Positions 11,632 through 24,463 of a stretch of 64,000 nt of DNA are shown piece after piece. The position numbers and the translations under genes were made by a program. Under the pieces are notes generated by a model that made no database searches, had not been told where the DNA came from, and saw nothing but the letters and a program-made list of their open reading frames with translations. Source of the DNA: Guillardia theta CCMP2712 (Eukaryota > Protista > Cryptophyta); assembly GCF_000315625.1 (NCBI RefSeq), contig NW_005434640.1, positions 21,439 through 85,438 of the forward strand. The letters are read 5' to 3'. Numbering within the stretch: the first letter of the stretch is position 1; every line of letters starts with the position of its first letter.

Positions 11632-13490
11632 GAGAATTTACGATCTCTTGCTGACTCGAATCACAACTTTCCCGTGAGCCCTGTGTGACTCCTGCAGCTT
11701 CAGAGCTGACGTCACCCCTTCCTTGGTGAACGCATAAGGACCCGACGGATCAATCTTGAGCAGCAGCTTGTCCTCAGTCACGTGCCTTAGGATGGTCTTG
11801 GTGGTTGTCGAGTCCCCATCAGCCACGAAGGAGATGTACCGAGGTGACCAGGGCCAGAGCCAGGTCCACAGCGCTCGCCACAGCAGGCGGCTAGCGAAGC
11901 CCGCAAGCTGGAAAGGATTGTGGATGGTCGGCTCCGGCTCGTCGCCCACTACTGCGATGAACTTCCCTCCGTCGCCTCCGCTCTTCAAGACCTTGCTCTC
12001 CTGAGCCTTGCCGAAGTGATCTCCTCCCCCGACACAGTCCACGATGCAGTCGAACGGCTGCTCTTGGAACTCGCCGATGCTCCACCAGTCCTCTTCATTG
12101 TAGTTGATGGCCCGGTCGACCTTGAGCTCTTCCGTCAGCATCTTCACCTGCGTCGAGGTCGAGGCAACAAACGTCGCTCCCGCTACTCTTGCCAGCTGCA
12201 CACAAACCGACCCAACCCCTCCCGACCCTCCCAGAACCAGCACTCGGCTCCCCGCCTTCACTCCAGCTAGCTCAACTGCCTTCAAGGCCGTAGCGGCGCT
12301 GTCCCCGCACGCCGACGCTACCTCGTCTGACAGCGAGTCTGGCGCGAGGACGCAGTTGGTAGCCTCCACCACAGCATACTCCGCCAGCGCTCCCCAGGGC
12401 TTCATCCCCATGTGACCGATGACGCGGTCGCCAGGCTTGAACTCAGCTTCCGCGTCTGCTTCCTCCACGATGCCACAAATGGTGTGGCCAGGAATGTAGG
12501 GAAACGACGGCGGGGAGATGGCAAACGACACTCGCCCGCTCATCACGTGCATATCTCCTGCGCTGGTCGCGCAGGTCAGGACGCGTACAAGGAGCTGACC
12601 TTTCTTCCTGGACGGCCGGGCGAAGTCATCGGCAAACTCAAGGATGTCTGAGTCATGGATCAGGCCGAGCGACTTGATCAAGACGGCTTTCATGGTCGAT
12701 GTGGCGGGATGAACCTGAATCTGAGGGGCAAGTGAGCGTTGACAACCGCACACCTCACAATCATGCTAAAAGGTACGAATGTCAAGATCTGAGTTATCTC
12801 AAGGCATTGGGCAGGTTGATGAGTCATCTTTGTTGATGAAGGAGGAAGCGAGCACGTACGTGTCATCAGCATTGATGAGGTTTTCGTTTTCCTCGTTGGC
12901 ATCGTGTCACAAAGCTTCACAACCCTCAATCATTCTGTGCAACAAGCTGTTCGCAAACACTGTGGTTTAAGGCAAATGGTCGTGAGGACACTTGAAAGAA
13001 GATACATTTTGCGTTTCAATGCATGCGATGATATCAAGTAAGAAAGCTGGCAAAGGCAAACATCGGAGATGTGTTGATGCTGCACAAGGCAGAAAGCAGC
13101 AGGGAAGCAACACGTCTGTTATGGTGAGGAGTTGCATTGGTGATCGTTGGGCAATGGTAGCGATTATGGCAAGAGGAGAAGGAGTTAGGCGTACACCAAG
13201 AGGAAACAAGAATAAGATCCAGAGCAGGAGAGGGAGAAGGAGGAGATGTAGCAGAAGGAGGAGCGGCAGGGAGAGGTCTGGGGAGGAGCTTCATGGAGGC
13301 GGCAGTTCAGGGTTTTTTTTTTGGGACCGGACAGGACAGGTCCGAGGGTCGCTTCTAGAACACCAGGGGTACTTTGATAGGGAAATGCAGGGGTACTCAA
13401 AGCCGATCGGTATCTGGGGAGCAGTAGTGTACTGTGGTAAATGACCAGTACAGTACTACCGTAGTAGCGCGGAGAGTGAAACTTTTAGTC
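11632..13490 (-). repeat. Right arm of the ~1.9 kb inverted duplication
   Basis: Reverse complement of 5972-7852; high identity over the CDS and proximal upstream region, degrading in the outer ~200 bp. Confidence 0.95.
11638..12693 (-). CDS. MDR-superfamily oxidoreductase, copy 2
   Basis: 351 aa from MKAVLIK; differs from copy 1 at 8 residues. Confidence 0.92.
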   Translation of the reverse strand: MKAVLIKSLGLIHDSDILEFADDFARPSRKKGQLLVRVLTCATSAGDMHVMSGRVSFAISPPSFPYIPGHTICGIVEEADAEAEFKPGDRVIGHMGMKPWGALAEYAVVEATNCVLAPDSLSDEVASACGDSAATALKAVELAGVKAGSRVLVLGGSGGVGSVCVQLARVAGATFVASTSTQVKMLTEELKVDRAINYNEEDWWSIGEFQEQPFDCIVDCVGGGDHFGKAQESKVLKSGGDGGKFIAVVGDEPEPTIHNPFQLAGFASRLLWRALWTWLWPWSPRYISFVADGDSTTTKTILRHVTEDKLLLKIDPSGPYAFTKEGVTSALKLQESHRAHGKVVIRVSKRS

Positions 13491-13494
13491 TACT

Positions 13495-14255
13495 GTGATT
13501 CGTCGGGAGTCACTGGCACGATTGTCCTCGTACTGCTTTTTAACTTAACTTTGAGTGAATATTTTAAGAGGCACAAAGAGTCGCCCGGCTTGCCGGCCTG
13601 GCACTGCCCGGCCGGCAGCCGCCAACTGAGTTCGGCCTCCGCTCCGAGTCGGAGAGGCCGCGCCGCGTCCGGCGAGCCTGGGCTCCGAGGCTCCGACACA
13701 GTGAGTCTTTCAGGCCGGGCAGCCTGAGTCACTTGACAGTCCGACGGTCGGAAACTTCCGACGCGGGCGCCCCGGCTCAGCGGCCCGGGCCGGCGCGACC
13801 CCCGGGCCGCGTATCCGTGGCACCGTGGCACCGTGACAGGCTGAGGGCGGCGCCGCAAGGGCCCGGGCATTCAATGATTCACCTAAGTTTCAGCCCAGCC
13901 CTTTACCGTCAAAGTTAAGTTAGAAATCATCAGGAGAGTCGAGGAGGCTTGACCCGGCTGATCGGACACTGTCGCGGCACAGAGCCTCGGAGGAGAATAG
14001 ACAGCGAGAACCAAACCCAATCCTGCCGACTGCTGTCCCCCAAACTTAACTGACAGTGAGTCAGCCGCCCGGCCCACTGCGCGGCAGCCCGGGCCTGCGG
14101 GCCGCGTGACTGTACGGTCCGAGTGAAACCGGTGACCTGAAACGCACTGACAGGGCCCGGCCGAGCCCGGCCCCGCCAATACTGAGTACGGGTCATTTTC
14201 AGCCTCAAACCGACCCCTTCCTAGCCCCATCGATTTCAACAGCCCGGGACCGGCC
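13495..14255. other. GC-rich palindrome-dense intergenic island (type example; others at about 5830-5970, 7960-8570, 24480-24845, 26170-26640, 29400-30260, 32590-32740, 45630-46030, 48420-48830, 53835-54240, 55400-55660, 56860-57140)
   Basis: Dense CCGG, GGCC, CCCGGG, GTAC, GAGTC/GACTC and AACTT/AAGTT words; a 16-mer taacttaactttgagt shared at 13541 and 24827. Confidence 0.75.
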
Positions 14256-14716
14256 CTACTGCTTGCTATCCCCTTGGCATGCCTTCAATTTGAGCAGCGC
14301 TCAGCGGCTGTTAGACATGGACGCTATCAACTGAACACTCCTGCTCCTCCCTCCTCTCATTCCCCTTGCTCTGCTCACACTGTTCCGTTCTCCCTCAGGC
14401 TCCCTCCTTAAGCTGTGTACAGGCTCAGTCAATCAGGCATTGTGAGCCGATACAAAGTTCAAACCTGAGCTCTGGTCGGACAAACTGGGGAGGAGCGGCG
14501 AGCTGACATGCTGCAAGACGGATAAGAGGACATAAAGGCAGACAAGAGATAACCTGAAGCTCTCAGACGGAAAAGTAGACTCAGAAGTACATCCTGGCTG
14601 AACTTCTCTTTGTTGTCGTTGCAGTTGGAAGGGACTGGAGAGGGGACGAGGGTCTATCAGAGAGGAAGCGACATCGATTGATATTGGCAGTCTACATCAG
14701 AAGCGAACTTGTTACG

Positions 14717-15165
14717 ATGACATCGGAGACGGTGATATCTTACCTTTAATGAGCGAACAACCCCTCAGCGACTGATGCGTTCCCTTCCTTCTTCTCCCCT
14801 GTCAACATCCCTCCCTCTCTCGTTGTATCCTCATCTTTTCTCTCCCCCTGACTCCTCCCTCGCTCTCTCCACCTCCCTCCTCAACCTCCTCAACCTCCTT
14901 CCCTCCCCCCTCAACCTCCTCCCCTCCTTCCTCTTCGCAGGCGAGCACCTTGGTGTCCGCGCACTCTCGATCGAACTCCACCGCGAGCATGGACGAGGAT
15001 CTTGACCCCTCGAGGTGCCTTCTGCTGGCTGCGCGAATGAGCTCACGGCAGATGCAGGCAAGGAAACCCCGGGCTGTCGCAGGTGGGCTGGTCAAGTTAT
15101 GCCTCTTCCACCAGCTTCCTGATCAATAAGGTTGCTGCTGCTTCTGCTGCTTCTGCTGCTGCTCC

Positions 15166-15225
<60 letters not shown>

Positions 15226-16889
15226 TGCTGCTGCTGAACCTGCTGCAGCGATCAGTCTTTATGCCCCTGTGGGTCTTCTTGGACATTCCTGCCTCTTCTC
15301 TTGCGGTACGACTTGCTCCTGCTCGGGGCTCAGTGTCTTGCTCATGGCAGCTACAGGCGAGGGCGTGGTCGACAATTCTCTCCCTAATCATCACGCTCAG
15401 TTGCGTCTCCTTTGTCACGCAGTCGCTACCCCAGTACTACTTCAGCACCAACCTCGCGTTTGACACCATCGAAGTCACGTGCATCGTCATCTTCACGGTC
15501 GAGTACACATTACGATGGATCACCTGCCCCTACGACGGTCAGTCTGAGCTGCTAGCAAGAGACTCGCGCTGACTCGCGTGCTCAGGGATGGAGTTCTCGT
15601 GGTCGGAGTACTTGAGAAGCAGGGCCAAGTTCATGGTGAAGGCGATGAACGTGGTCGACCTCGTCGCGATCCTCCCCTACTACATCGAGCTGGTTGTCAA
15701 TTCCATCCTGGGCAGCTCCAGCAGCAACACGTCGATCTTGGTGGTGGCAAGGGTTGTTCGCATCACGAGGATCTTTCGACTGTTCAAGCTGGGCAAGAAC
15801 TACGACGGGATAGAGATCTTGTTCTTGACCTTGAGGAAGAGCGGAGTATTCCTCTTCACTGTCGTGTTCCTCATCCTCCTCTTCCAAGTCCTCTTCGGCT
15901 CGCTCCTCTTCTTCTTCGAAGGAGGCTCCAACTGCGTCATCGCTTACGCCTGCACCGGCGGCGCTGACAGCGGGGTGGACTGCACAATCCTAGAGCTCCC
16001 TGATGGGTCGGTGATGGACATCCCTGCCCAGCAAGCGCGGATGAGCTACTGCATGCATCCCTGGGTCAACGATACCGCCCTGTGTTCCAACGATGGTCTA
16101 GTGGCTAACAACAGCAAGGCTGGGCAGTGTCAACAGGGCTCGACATGCGTCGACGTCGGCAACGTCTGCTTCTCAGGCTCCGAAATGCTCAGCGCCCTGC
16201 CCGTTGGGTCCAAAGTGAAGCTCAATTCCATCCCCATGTGCATGTGGTGGGCCCTCGTGACCATGTGAGCACTCGCCTGCTCGCCTGCTCGCCTGCTCGC
16301 CGGGGACGCTGACGATGTCCAGGTGCTGTGTGGGGTTCGGGGACGTGGTGCCTGAGACGTCCTACGGCAAGGTGCTGGGGTGTATCGCAGCTCTGACAGG
16401 GCTAGTGGTGCTGGCGATGCCCACGACGGTGCTAGGAGGGACGTTCTCTGACATCTACGAGGAATATTACAGGAGGAAGAACGAGAAGGAGGTAGGAGGG
16501 CGGTGGAGTGGAGGGCACGTGATGACTGTAGCAGACTGAGAGCGAGAATGAGAACGAGGACATACCCAAGGGGCTGAAGGGAACGAACAGCAAGCATCTC
16601 AATCGAATGATTGTGGCGAAGCAGCTGGCGCAGAAGAAAGGGCCGAAGATACCTCAAGAGTTGATAGCCAACATCATAGAAGACAACCCTGTAACTTCCC
16701 AGGAGAAGATCTTCCAGGCGTTCAAAGAGCTCGATATTGCCGTGGCCAGGAAGGTGCGCTGGTCCCTGCTGCTTTCTTGAGCTGGATGTTGATGGCCCTT
16801 AGGTGTTGTGGAGTGAGTTCAGGGCGGAGCTGCGGGAGAAGAGCCGGAGCAAGCTGCAGGAGGTGATGGAAGAGATGGAGCAGACATGA
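14717..16889 (+). CDS. Voltage-gated (6TM, Kv-like) potassium channel, multi-exon
   Basis: S2 IEVTCIVIFTVEYTLRW, S3 NVVDLVAILPYYIEL, S4 RVVRITRIFRLFKLGK, pore helix SIPMCMWWALVTM, filter CVGFGD, S6 GLVVLAMPTTVL. Start approximate. Confidence 0.92.
15133..15236. repeat. (GCT)n microsatellite in a K+ channel intron
   Basis: Lies between the donor near 15083 and the acceptor near 15255. Confidence 0.9.
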
Positions 16890-16939
16890 CATGCCATTGC
16901 TGAGAGATCTCGAATATTTACAGCTGTTACATTAAATTG

Positions 16940-19900
16940 CTAAACCTTGCGATATATCTTCAGCTTCTCCACTGCTGCTTCTCGCAGGGCATCAAGAACC
17001 TCTTCGTTCACCGCGTCCTTACCCTTGTCCCCTTCCTCCATCACCCTGTCGCCTGCGCCCAGCTTAGGAAGGGGGAGGAACTGGCCAGGTTTGCCCGGAG
17101 CCTCCGCATCTACCCATAGATCAGACTCCAGTGGAAAGTGACTTGACTGGATGTGGCTACCAGGAAGCGGAGGAGCTCGGCACAACTGCTTCGACGTTAC
17201 TCCCTGTCCGTTGACCCGCGGCGGAAGGACCCTCTTGCCTCCGATCTTGAGCTGGAAGCTGTCAGATACCCGAGAGCTGCACTTGCTCTCTACCTCGCTC
17301 TGATTGGAACACACACCAGTCTCACTCTGCAACACCATCGTCATCCAACGATCAACGATCGCTCCAGGCACCTGGCATGCGCTCCCATGCTCGCTCTCCG
17401 CGTCCTCTTGCCCCTGCTCGCTCGTCATGCAACACATGCTTCATCATCCTGCGCACCGGGTACTGCCTCGCTTGCACCACGTGCATGCCCGTCCCCTTGC
17501 GAGCGAGGCGCATGGAGGCCATCAGGTCCACCTGTTCGCCAAGTCAGTGCGAGGCAGGAGGAGTGGGGCATGACCTTGTTGTTGAGCTGATGCTTCTGGA
17601 GAGGGCTCAAGATCACTGCTCGCGGATTCTTCGCGCTCTTATGAGCTCCAGGAGGGCTGCAAGCAGCGACCTGTAAGGGGAGCTGGGAAGGCAGGAAGAG
17701 GCGCAGACCTGCTGGAGGGGCTGGCCCGGTGAGGCACCCCGGACTTGATATTCCTGAAGCACGTGAGGGGGGGAGAGCGAAGGCGAGAGCGCTTACTTGG
17801 AGTCTTCTTGAACTTCCTCCCTGTTCAGCGTCTTGTCTCTGCAAGAGAAGCTCAGCGTTGATCATGCGTTGAATGTAAAGTAAGTTGAGCTGACCTCTCA
17901 TTTGCGCTGTTTGGCCTCCTGAGTCTGTTCCTAGCGGAGGAAACAGTCGGCGACCTCTCACTAGACCTCGAGCTGTTCGACTTCTTTTCCTCCGCTTTCT
18001 GTTGGTCAGGAGCAGGAGTCTCTTGCTTCAAACTCTGCTTATCTTCACTTCAGGCATGCATCCCTCAGTCTCATCTCCCCACCTTGGACTCGACAGCTTC
18101 ATTGGCCTTCACCTTCGCTTCTCTCAGACCCGTTCACAACTGCAAACAGAGTCTCACCTCAACACATGCATCGAAGGCCCCGAAGAGCGTCCGGACGACA
18201 GGGTCCGAGGTTTCTTCTACAAGTACGTGTTAGTCCTAATCTCTCAACGAATGCTGGGATGTGGCAGAGGGCGTGGCAGCAGGTCAAAGTCGAGGGGAAG
18301 GTGGGGGAATGATGGTATACTCGTTTTCTCAGCTTGCAGGCAGTCATCGAACGCAAGCAGCAACGCCTGCACCACGTTTCTGAGCTCGCAGGATAGAGAT
18401 CAACGGCCTCTACCTTGTTCACTTTTTCCGAGGGTTCCCCCGTGGGCGTTGGGCAGTCCACGTACGAGACAACCTCAGCTTGAGACTCCTGCAAGTCCAC
18501 CGGTAAACTTCGCGCCTCGAGCTCTCCATTGCTCCTTCCCACCTGAGGGATAGGCATCTCTTCGAAGTCACACAGGAGGGAGTTCTATCAAGGAGGTCAG
18601 AACAAGTCCACCAGCGGGCAGGTCGGAACAACCCCCTCAATGAAAGACTCGTTGCTCTGTCCTCTCTGCGGGGAGTACCAAAGTTGTCCGCTGAGATCAT
18701 GCTGAATGCTGTCGACGTTGTCAATGCTGATCATATCCTGAGCTCCCATGTCCTCGAGGATGAGCCCGACTTCATCCACATCTAGTCGGTCTTGCCTGCA
18801 CCAGAATTCTTCAGTTTCTCTCAGGTACCATTGTGAGCCTCACTTGTTGTGATCGTCTGAGCTGCAAGATAGACAGATCGCGCAGTCCGAGGCCATCGAG
18901 GCAACTTCGTCTACCTGCAAATTCTGATTCTCAGAGCCGCAGGAGAATGACGGCAAGGTGTGAACCTTGGATGCTCTTCCCTCTCGAGGTCCAGACCTGA
19001 ACCAGACGCATTCAGACATCGAGGGGCAAACCATCACAAGCATGTACAGAATCTTTTGGAGTGTTGTAACGAGCTTCTTGGAAGCAGGGTCATCGAGTTT
19101 AGAGTCAAGGATGTCAAAACGCTGGCTCGTAGGATCCTTATCCTCCTTCGCGCCTCTGTCGCCCTCTGCTTGCCAATCCACCTCTTCAACATCCAGGTCG
19201 AGGTGATCGCTCAAAATCTCTCTGTTTCAAGTGCATAAGGACTCCTTCGAGTTCTCATGGAAACTTCACCCAGCTGGAGGAATTTTGTGGCCTTCAGCCT
19301 TGTCAGCTTCTTTGCCTTGCGATTCCTGCATCACAACCATCAGCTAGCCCGAGTCTCAACACTATTTTTTACCAAAGATGAATCTGCTTCAAGAGCGGCA
19401 GGTGCAGGTTTGGGGGATCCACTGATTCAATCAGTCAGAATACAGCAGAAACAGGGATCAATGCTCGCACAGGAAAACTCGGTGCTCAAGGACTATCGGC
19501 ACAGGAGAGCGTCCCCTCGGGCAACGCTCTTCCAAGCTGATGCAACCACGAGAGGTATGAGTATTGGAGAGGACCAGAAGTAATAGCGAGCTCATTCCGA
19601 ACCTTATTGCTTCAACTTGCTCGCTCCCTCTCGCATCCTGTTGTTCATGATGCGGATCTGCATCCTGTTTGCCTGTCAGATACTAAGTGCAGCAGCACTG
19701 CTGCCGCTGACCTGGGCAGCTGGCTGATCCTGAGTGCCATCATCCTTGTACTACTACACGTCAGAAGCAAGAGGAGGTGCACAAGTTTCAAGGAACCAGG
19801 TCAAGGAGATTTCGACGAACGGCTTTTAGTGCTGATTTCTGCCCTGTTTTCTTGTCACAAAGCAGATCGTTGCCTCCACTTATTTGATCCCTTACCGATT

Positions 19901-20682
19901 ATTCCATCCAAGACTTTCCCTCCTGTGGCAGCGTCCTCCGAGGTCAGGCCTTTATATTCTGAGCTGAACCATCGGGAGATTTCAGTAAAGACCCAACGAG
20001 AAAATGCTGGCGGGGGAACTGGCAACAAGCAGATTTCATACCTCAGCTCGTGTTCGACTGGACGACCTTTGTCTTGCACAACAGTCTTTGAGTTTGAGAG
20101 GAGGCGGATCTCGAAGTCAATCGACTTGATGTCTGTTGCAAGCTGCATTAACTGAGAGCGCTCACTCTCTATATCTTCTGACGGCGTGCTGGGCTTTGAA
20201 ATGAACTCCATCATCCTTGCAGCAACACGAATGAGAAAGGAAAGTAGCCAAAAATTGTTGAGAACAGACCTGTTCTTCTTTGTGCGGTATTGCTTGCGGA
20301 GAAACTTTTTCATTCTCAGCAAGGCATTGAACTTCCAGTCTTGCTGCGAAGAGTCCAGGCCCTTTGGACTGAGTCTGCTGCCGTCGACCGTGTTGTCGCT
20401 AACACTGTCTTCCCTCATCAGCTTCTTCTGTGCAGACACCAGCAGCGAAATCTTCTGCAGCAGCCTCTGACGATTCTCCTTCTCAATCCTCAATGACGAG
20501 CTCATGTCCTGAGTATTGTGCAAGGTCAACGTCCTCTCGCTCTGCAAGAAACTAGCTTCGAGGTCCGCCACGAGCTGCTCGAGCTGTTGGTGAAAGTTAC
20601 GACTGGGAGGGCTTCAGGTAGAAGAGACCTCGTTGAAAAATGAGGATGGAGTGTGCCTTGAGTGATCAGCGGCCGCTGCCAT
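16940..20682 (-). CDS. Large multi-exon hypothetical protein, partly coiled-coil
   Basis: Chain of minus-strand coding segments (19855-20590, 18840-19214, 17425-17961, 16940-17437) joined by short GT-AG introns; likely start MAAAADHSR at 20682. Confidence 0.5.
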
Positions 20683-21499
20683 GGCGCGAAATGGTTCGGC
20701 CGTTGGTGACAATTCCAACATCTGTTATCCTACGACATGTTACAGGGGGTACGCATCTTGGGTGCAGCGAGATAGATCATATCCAGCAAATTAGGCAGAT
20801 AAAAGCAAGAGAATGCGATGATTCGACGCATGGCTAGGGAGGAATAACGCGGATAGAAGAAAGTGAAAATCGCTTCAGAGGAGGGGAAGACCATTCGTGA
20901 AAGGTAAGGATGGATGAAAGCAACGCCACATCGTGTTGAATGAAGGAGAAACGCGGAAAGATGAGAATAGAGGCATATGAGAACATTCAAAGATGCCAGA
21001 GGCGAGAAGTTTGACAGGATGGAAAAATAATGAGAGGGAATTTAGGTAGGAAAGGAAAGAGCGAGGGAGGGAGAAGAGAGGGTTAGCACAAGAGGGAGGC
21101 ACGAGTGGAAGGATAGAAAGAGGTAGCGAGGAAGTGAGACACATGGAGAGTGAGAGGAGGAGAGGGAGAGATAGTGAGAGGTCAGCGGCTGGTGGAGCAT
21201 CAGCGCGTTTGTGTGCATGCGCGGGAAGCGAAATGGCAAATGCGCGGGATTCGAAAGATGTAGGTCATATCCGGTACCCCTGAAATGAAAGACAAAAAGA
21301 GGGGTACATGAAAACGTAGAACCCCTCCATAAACACTGAAAAACAGGGGTTGCTATGTGCCACCTAGACCCCATGTTTTCTATTAAATTGACTGATGGGG
21401 TAGGGTCATCATAACACCCGTCTAAATCAGGTGTGATTTTGGGGTGGTGACCTAGTCCCCTTCTCTTCCCTTCTGAGGACGGTTTTCCCGCCAATCGCC

Positions 21500-24463
21500 A
21501 TGGCTCAGGTAAGGCAGCGGAAGGGGCGAAGATGGAAGAAGGCGCGAGGAAAACTCCGATATGCATGCGATGATGATGAGACATCTTCCATCATGCTAGA
21601 CTCTCATCACACCCTCTCCTGGAACTTTGAGTACATGCAACCACTGTGCTCAATGCACCTAATTGTGAATCGAATGAACTGAGGCCTTGCGATTTGTTCA
21701 TCCTTGGCCTGTTTTTCTCTCATTTTGTTTGTTGTATTTGGAATTGTACAGATATGAAATATGACCTTGTTTGCATGGTTTAGTCGTCTTGTGCTGAGGA
21801 TGTTGCAGATACTAGCGGTCCCGATGCGCATACGCGAAGATGGCAGAGAGGAGCGGCGATCAGTCGTTTGCGTCTCAGTTTCTATTCAGCAAGACTCACA
21901 GAGCACGTCAACGCGTCAGCTTATGACCTTCCAGGTTGATGCGTTGATGTGCTCATGATGGTCAAGATGACGGCTGGTGCAGTTGACAGACGAGGCCGAC
22001 TCCTTCTTCCTGTACACCCTCAGGATTTCGGAAGAAGAGTTCCAGAACGTGAAGAACGATCAGAGTATCTTGGTGGACTTTGCGGAGTTTCCCAACAAGT
22101 GAGCTCTGCAGTGTTCTCAAGCACACTCTTTGACCTGCGGTGCACAGATTCATGGAGCTACTAGAGTGTTGCCTGCAAAAGGATGAGGAGGAACCTCCGA
22201 AATTCACAGCGAGCTTGTTGGCGAGTGGAAACCAGGCATCACTCAACATAGTTGAGACCAACCAGTTCAAGAATCTGACGCACCTGAGGCTAGAGATGAG
22301 GTAGAGAGTCACAGTTTTCTTCCCTGCTGAATCTCCTTCAAGGCCAGGGAACGATCATGCCGTCAAGCAGTATTTGGCTGGCGAGCTCGCTAAAGTCAAG
22401 TACGCGAGGAACTCTCTCCTTGAGCAGGTGAAAAAGTCTTGTGACATGTGAAGAACGTAAAACCACAAATCAGCTGCGACAAGTCAACAACGAATTACAA
22501 GACAGGATGAAGGATGCGGACAAGAAGATCTCAGCGGGTGTGATTCCATCAACTTTCCTGTTCCTTTGTTCTGATCGAAAGAAATATCAGCGGAGGAAGA
22601 TGCCAAGACTGCTCGCCAAGAACTCGGGGATCTGAAGTTAAGACATGCGTCAGATTGTGCGACGTTGCGTGAACAGGCCGTAAGCCTCCAGCAACAATTG
22701 CAGCAGCAGGTGGGAAATAGCAGCATTTTGGCCGGTGCTTGACTCCGTTTCAGTCTGATGCAGATAAGAGTGAGATGTCAAAGAAGTATCAGGATAAAGA
22801 ACAGAGCTTGCAGAGACAGGCAATTCTGATGAGTGTGCAAATCGTACTTCTGAGACTTGTGCAGTTGGATGAATTGAGATTGAAGTATGACTCTATTTAC
22901 GACGAAAAATCGAATTTGTTGTCAGCGAACAAGGATATGCAGGGCAAAATTGAGGTGAATTTAGTTGGATGTGCAGTTTGACGTCAATGACTCCTTTTAT
23001 GATCAGAGTTTAGAGAACGAGGTCAAGATCTTGAGGTAATCCCAATATCTCTGCGCATGTTTTCGCGCATGTTTTCGCTTGGAACTTATTGGTGGTTGAA
23101 GGAATGAAATACAAAAACTGCGAGAAGAAAATATGGAACTTGATAGAAACAAGCATGAAATGACAAAGGAGCTGCATTCTAATGCTGTGAAATTATCGTC
23201 TCTGCAACAACAAGTGACCGACGGAGAATCTCTTGCTCAACAATTGAACAAGGTCAGGAAGTCTGCAGATGTTGCCTTATCTTGTTGTATTTGACTATTT
23301 GTTTTTATTTCAGCTTGTCGATTCTGCTCATGCACAAAAGTCTAACCTGGAAGAGACTCTGCGCATGGTCCGTGACCAGAACGCGAAACAGGAGGAGCAG
23401 ATTCGCAACTATGGGGTGGAATTGAACAAGGCCAGCGAGAATGCAGAGAGACTGCAGAATGAACTCAAAACCATCAAAACCAAGCTGAAAGTGAAAACTG
23501 CTGTCGTGTTGCAACAAGAGCAGGTTCCCTACTTCATCAGTGTCGACAACACCTCACTTACATACCCCAAGGTGTTAGACGACAAGGAAAAATCTTTGCT
23601 TGATCAGCAACACCAGTGCAAATCGTTGGAACAAACAATTCTTGAGAAAGATGGAAGAATCGATATTCTCAATGCAAAATTGAAACAGGCAGAGTCACAA
23701 CTGCAAGAGGTTCAGTTGAATGGGTTTCATGCTCGTCAATGACTTTGTACTTCAGGCCGAAAAGACTCTTGCGAGCAATCAGAATGTGATTGCGTGGCTG
23801 AACAAAGAAGTAAATCCCTTCTGCATGCTTCGAATCACGTACTAAACCATGCTTTCCCCAGATAAATGATGCCCAAATGAGCACCCGAGGTGCATTTAGG
23901 TACAGCTTTTTCTTTCCGTATCGCCCCTCCTTTGTCATTGTTGTGACTAGCTTGGTACAGTGCTTCAAATTTCAAACCGACTCTCCCACCTTCTGGACTG
24001 TCTTCTTCTCCTGGTCCCAGTCCTCCAGCTAGAGAGATATTCTCGTTTGACTTTGGTATGGCAGGTGCATACAATCCATCCAAGCCGCTGATCAGTAACC
24101 AAGAAGCTCACTCTCCAAAGTACCAGTTGAGGTTCATAGTGCACCGTCGTCAAGTTCTCCACTTACGCACTTTGTAGCTCTATGTCTATGACCGGAAACA
24201 TTGCACCTTACCGCAATCCTGAGTCGTTTTCAAAGGGCAAAAGCTCCTACTTCAGGTATACCGAAGCACGCCTGCTTGCCTTGATTGATTCGTGTATCCT
24301 CAGCGATGAAGCATACTCGACCTCCAAGGCTGGCAACGCTCGACCGGACTCCTCCACCTTGTCATCTGGTGTCTCGAGCTTCACTTCTGCTGCCCGAGCC
24401 GAGACTCTCACGCCGCTGCGACACGTGGAGTACAAAGTTCAACAGCCTGTAATGGCTGAGTAG
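21500..24463 (+). CDS. SAS6: Spindle assembly abnormal protein 6 (centriole cartwheel), multi-exon
   Basis: Spliced head domain [70 protein letters not shown] (PISA motif), then a long coiled coil and a Ser/Pro tail. Terminal exons approximate. Confidence 0.9.

Noticed and set aside
5972-13490. Composite transposon with long terminal inverted repeats
   Set aside because: The arms are a host enzyme gene plus upstream DNA; no recognisable transposase or target-site duplication; the outer ends are the most diverged part.
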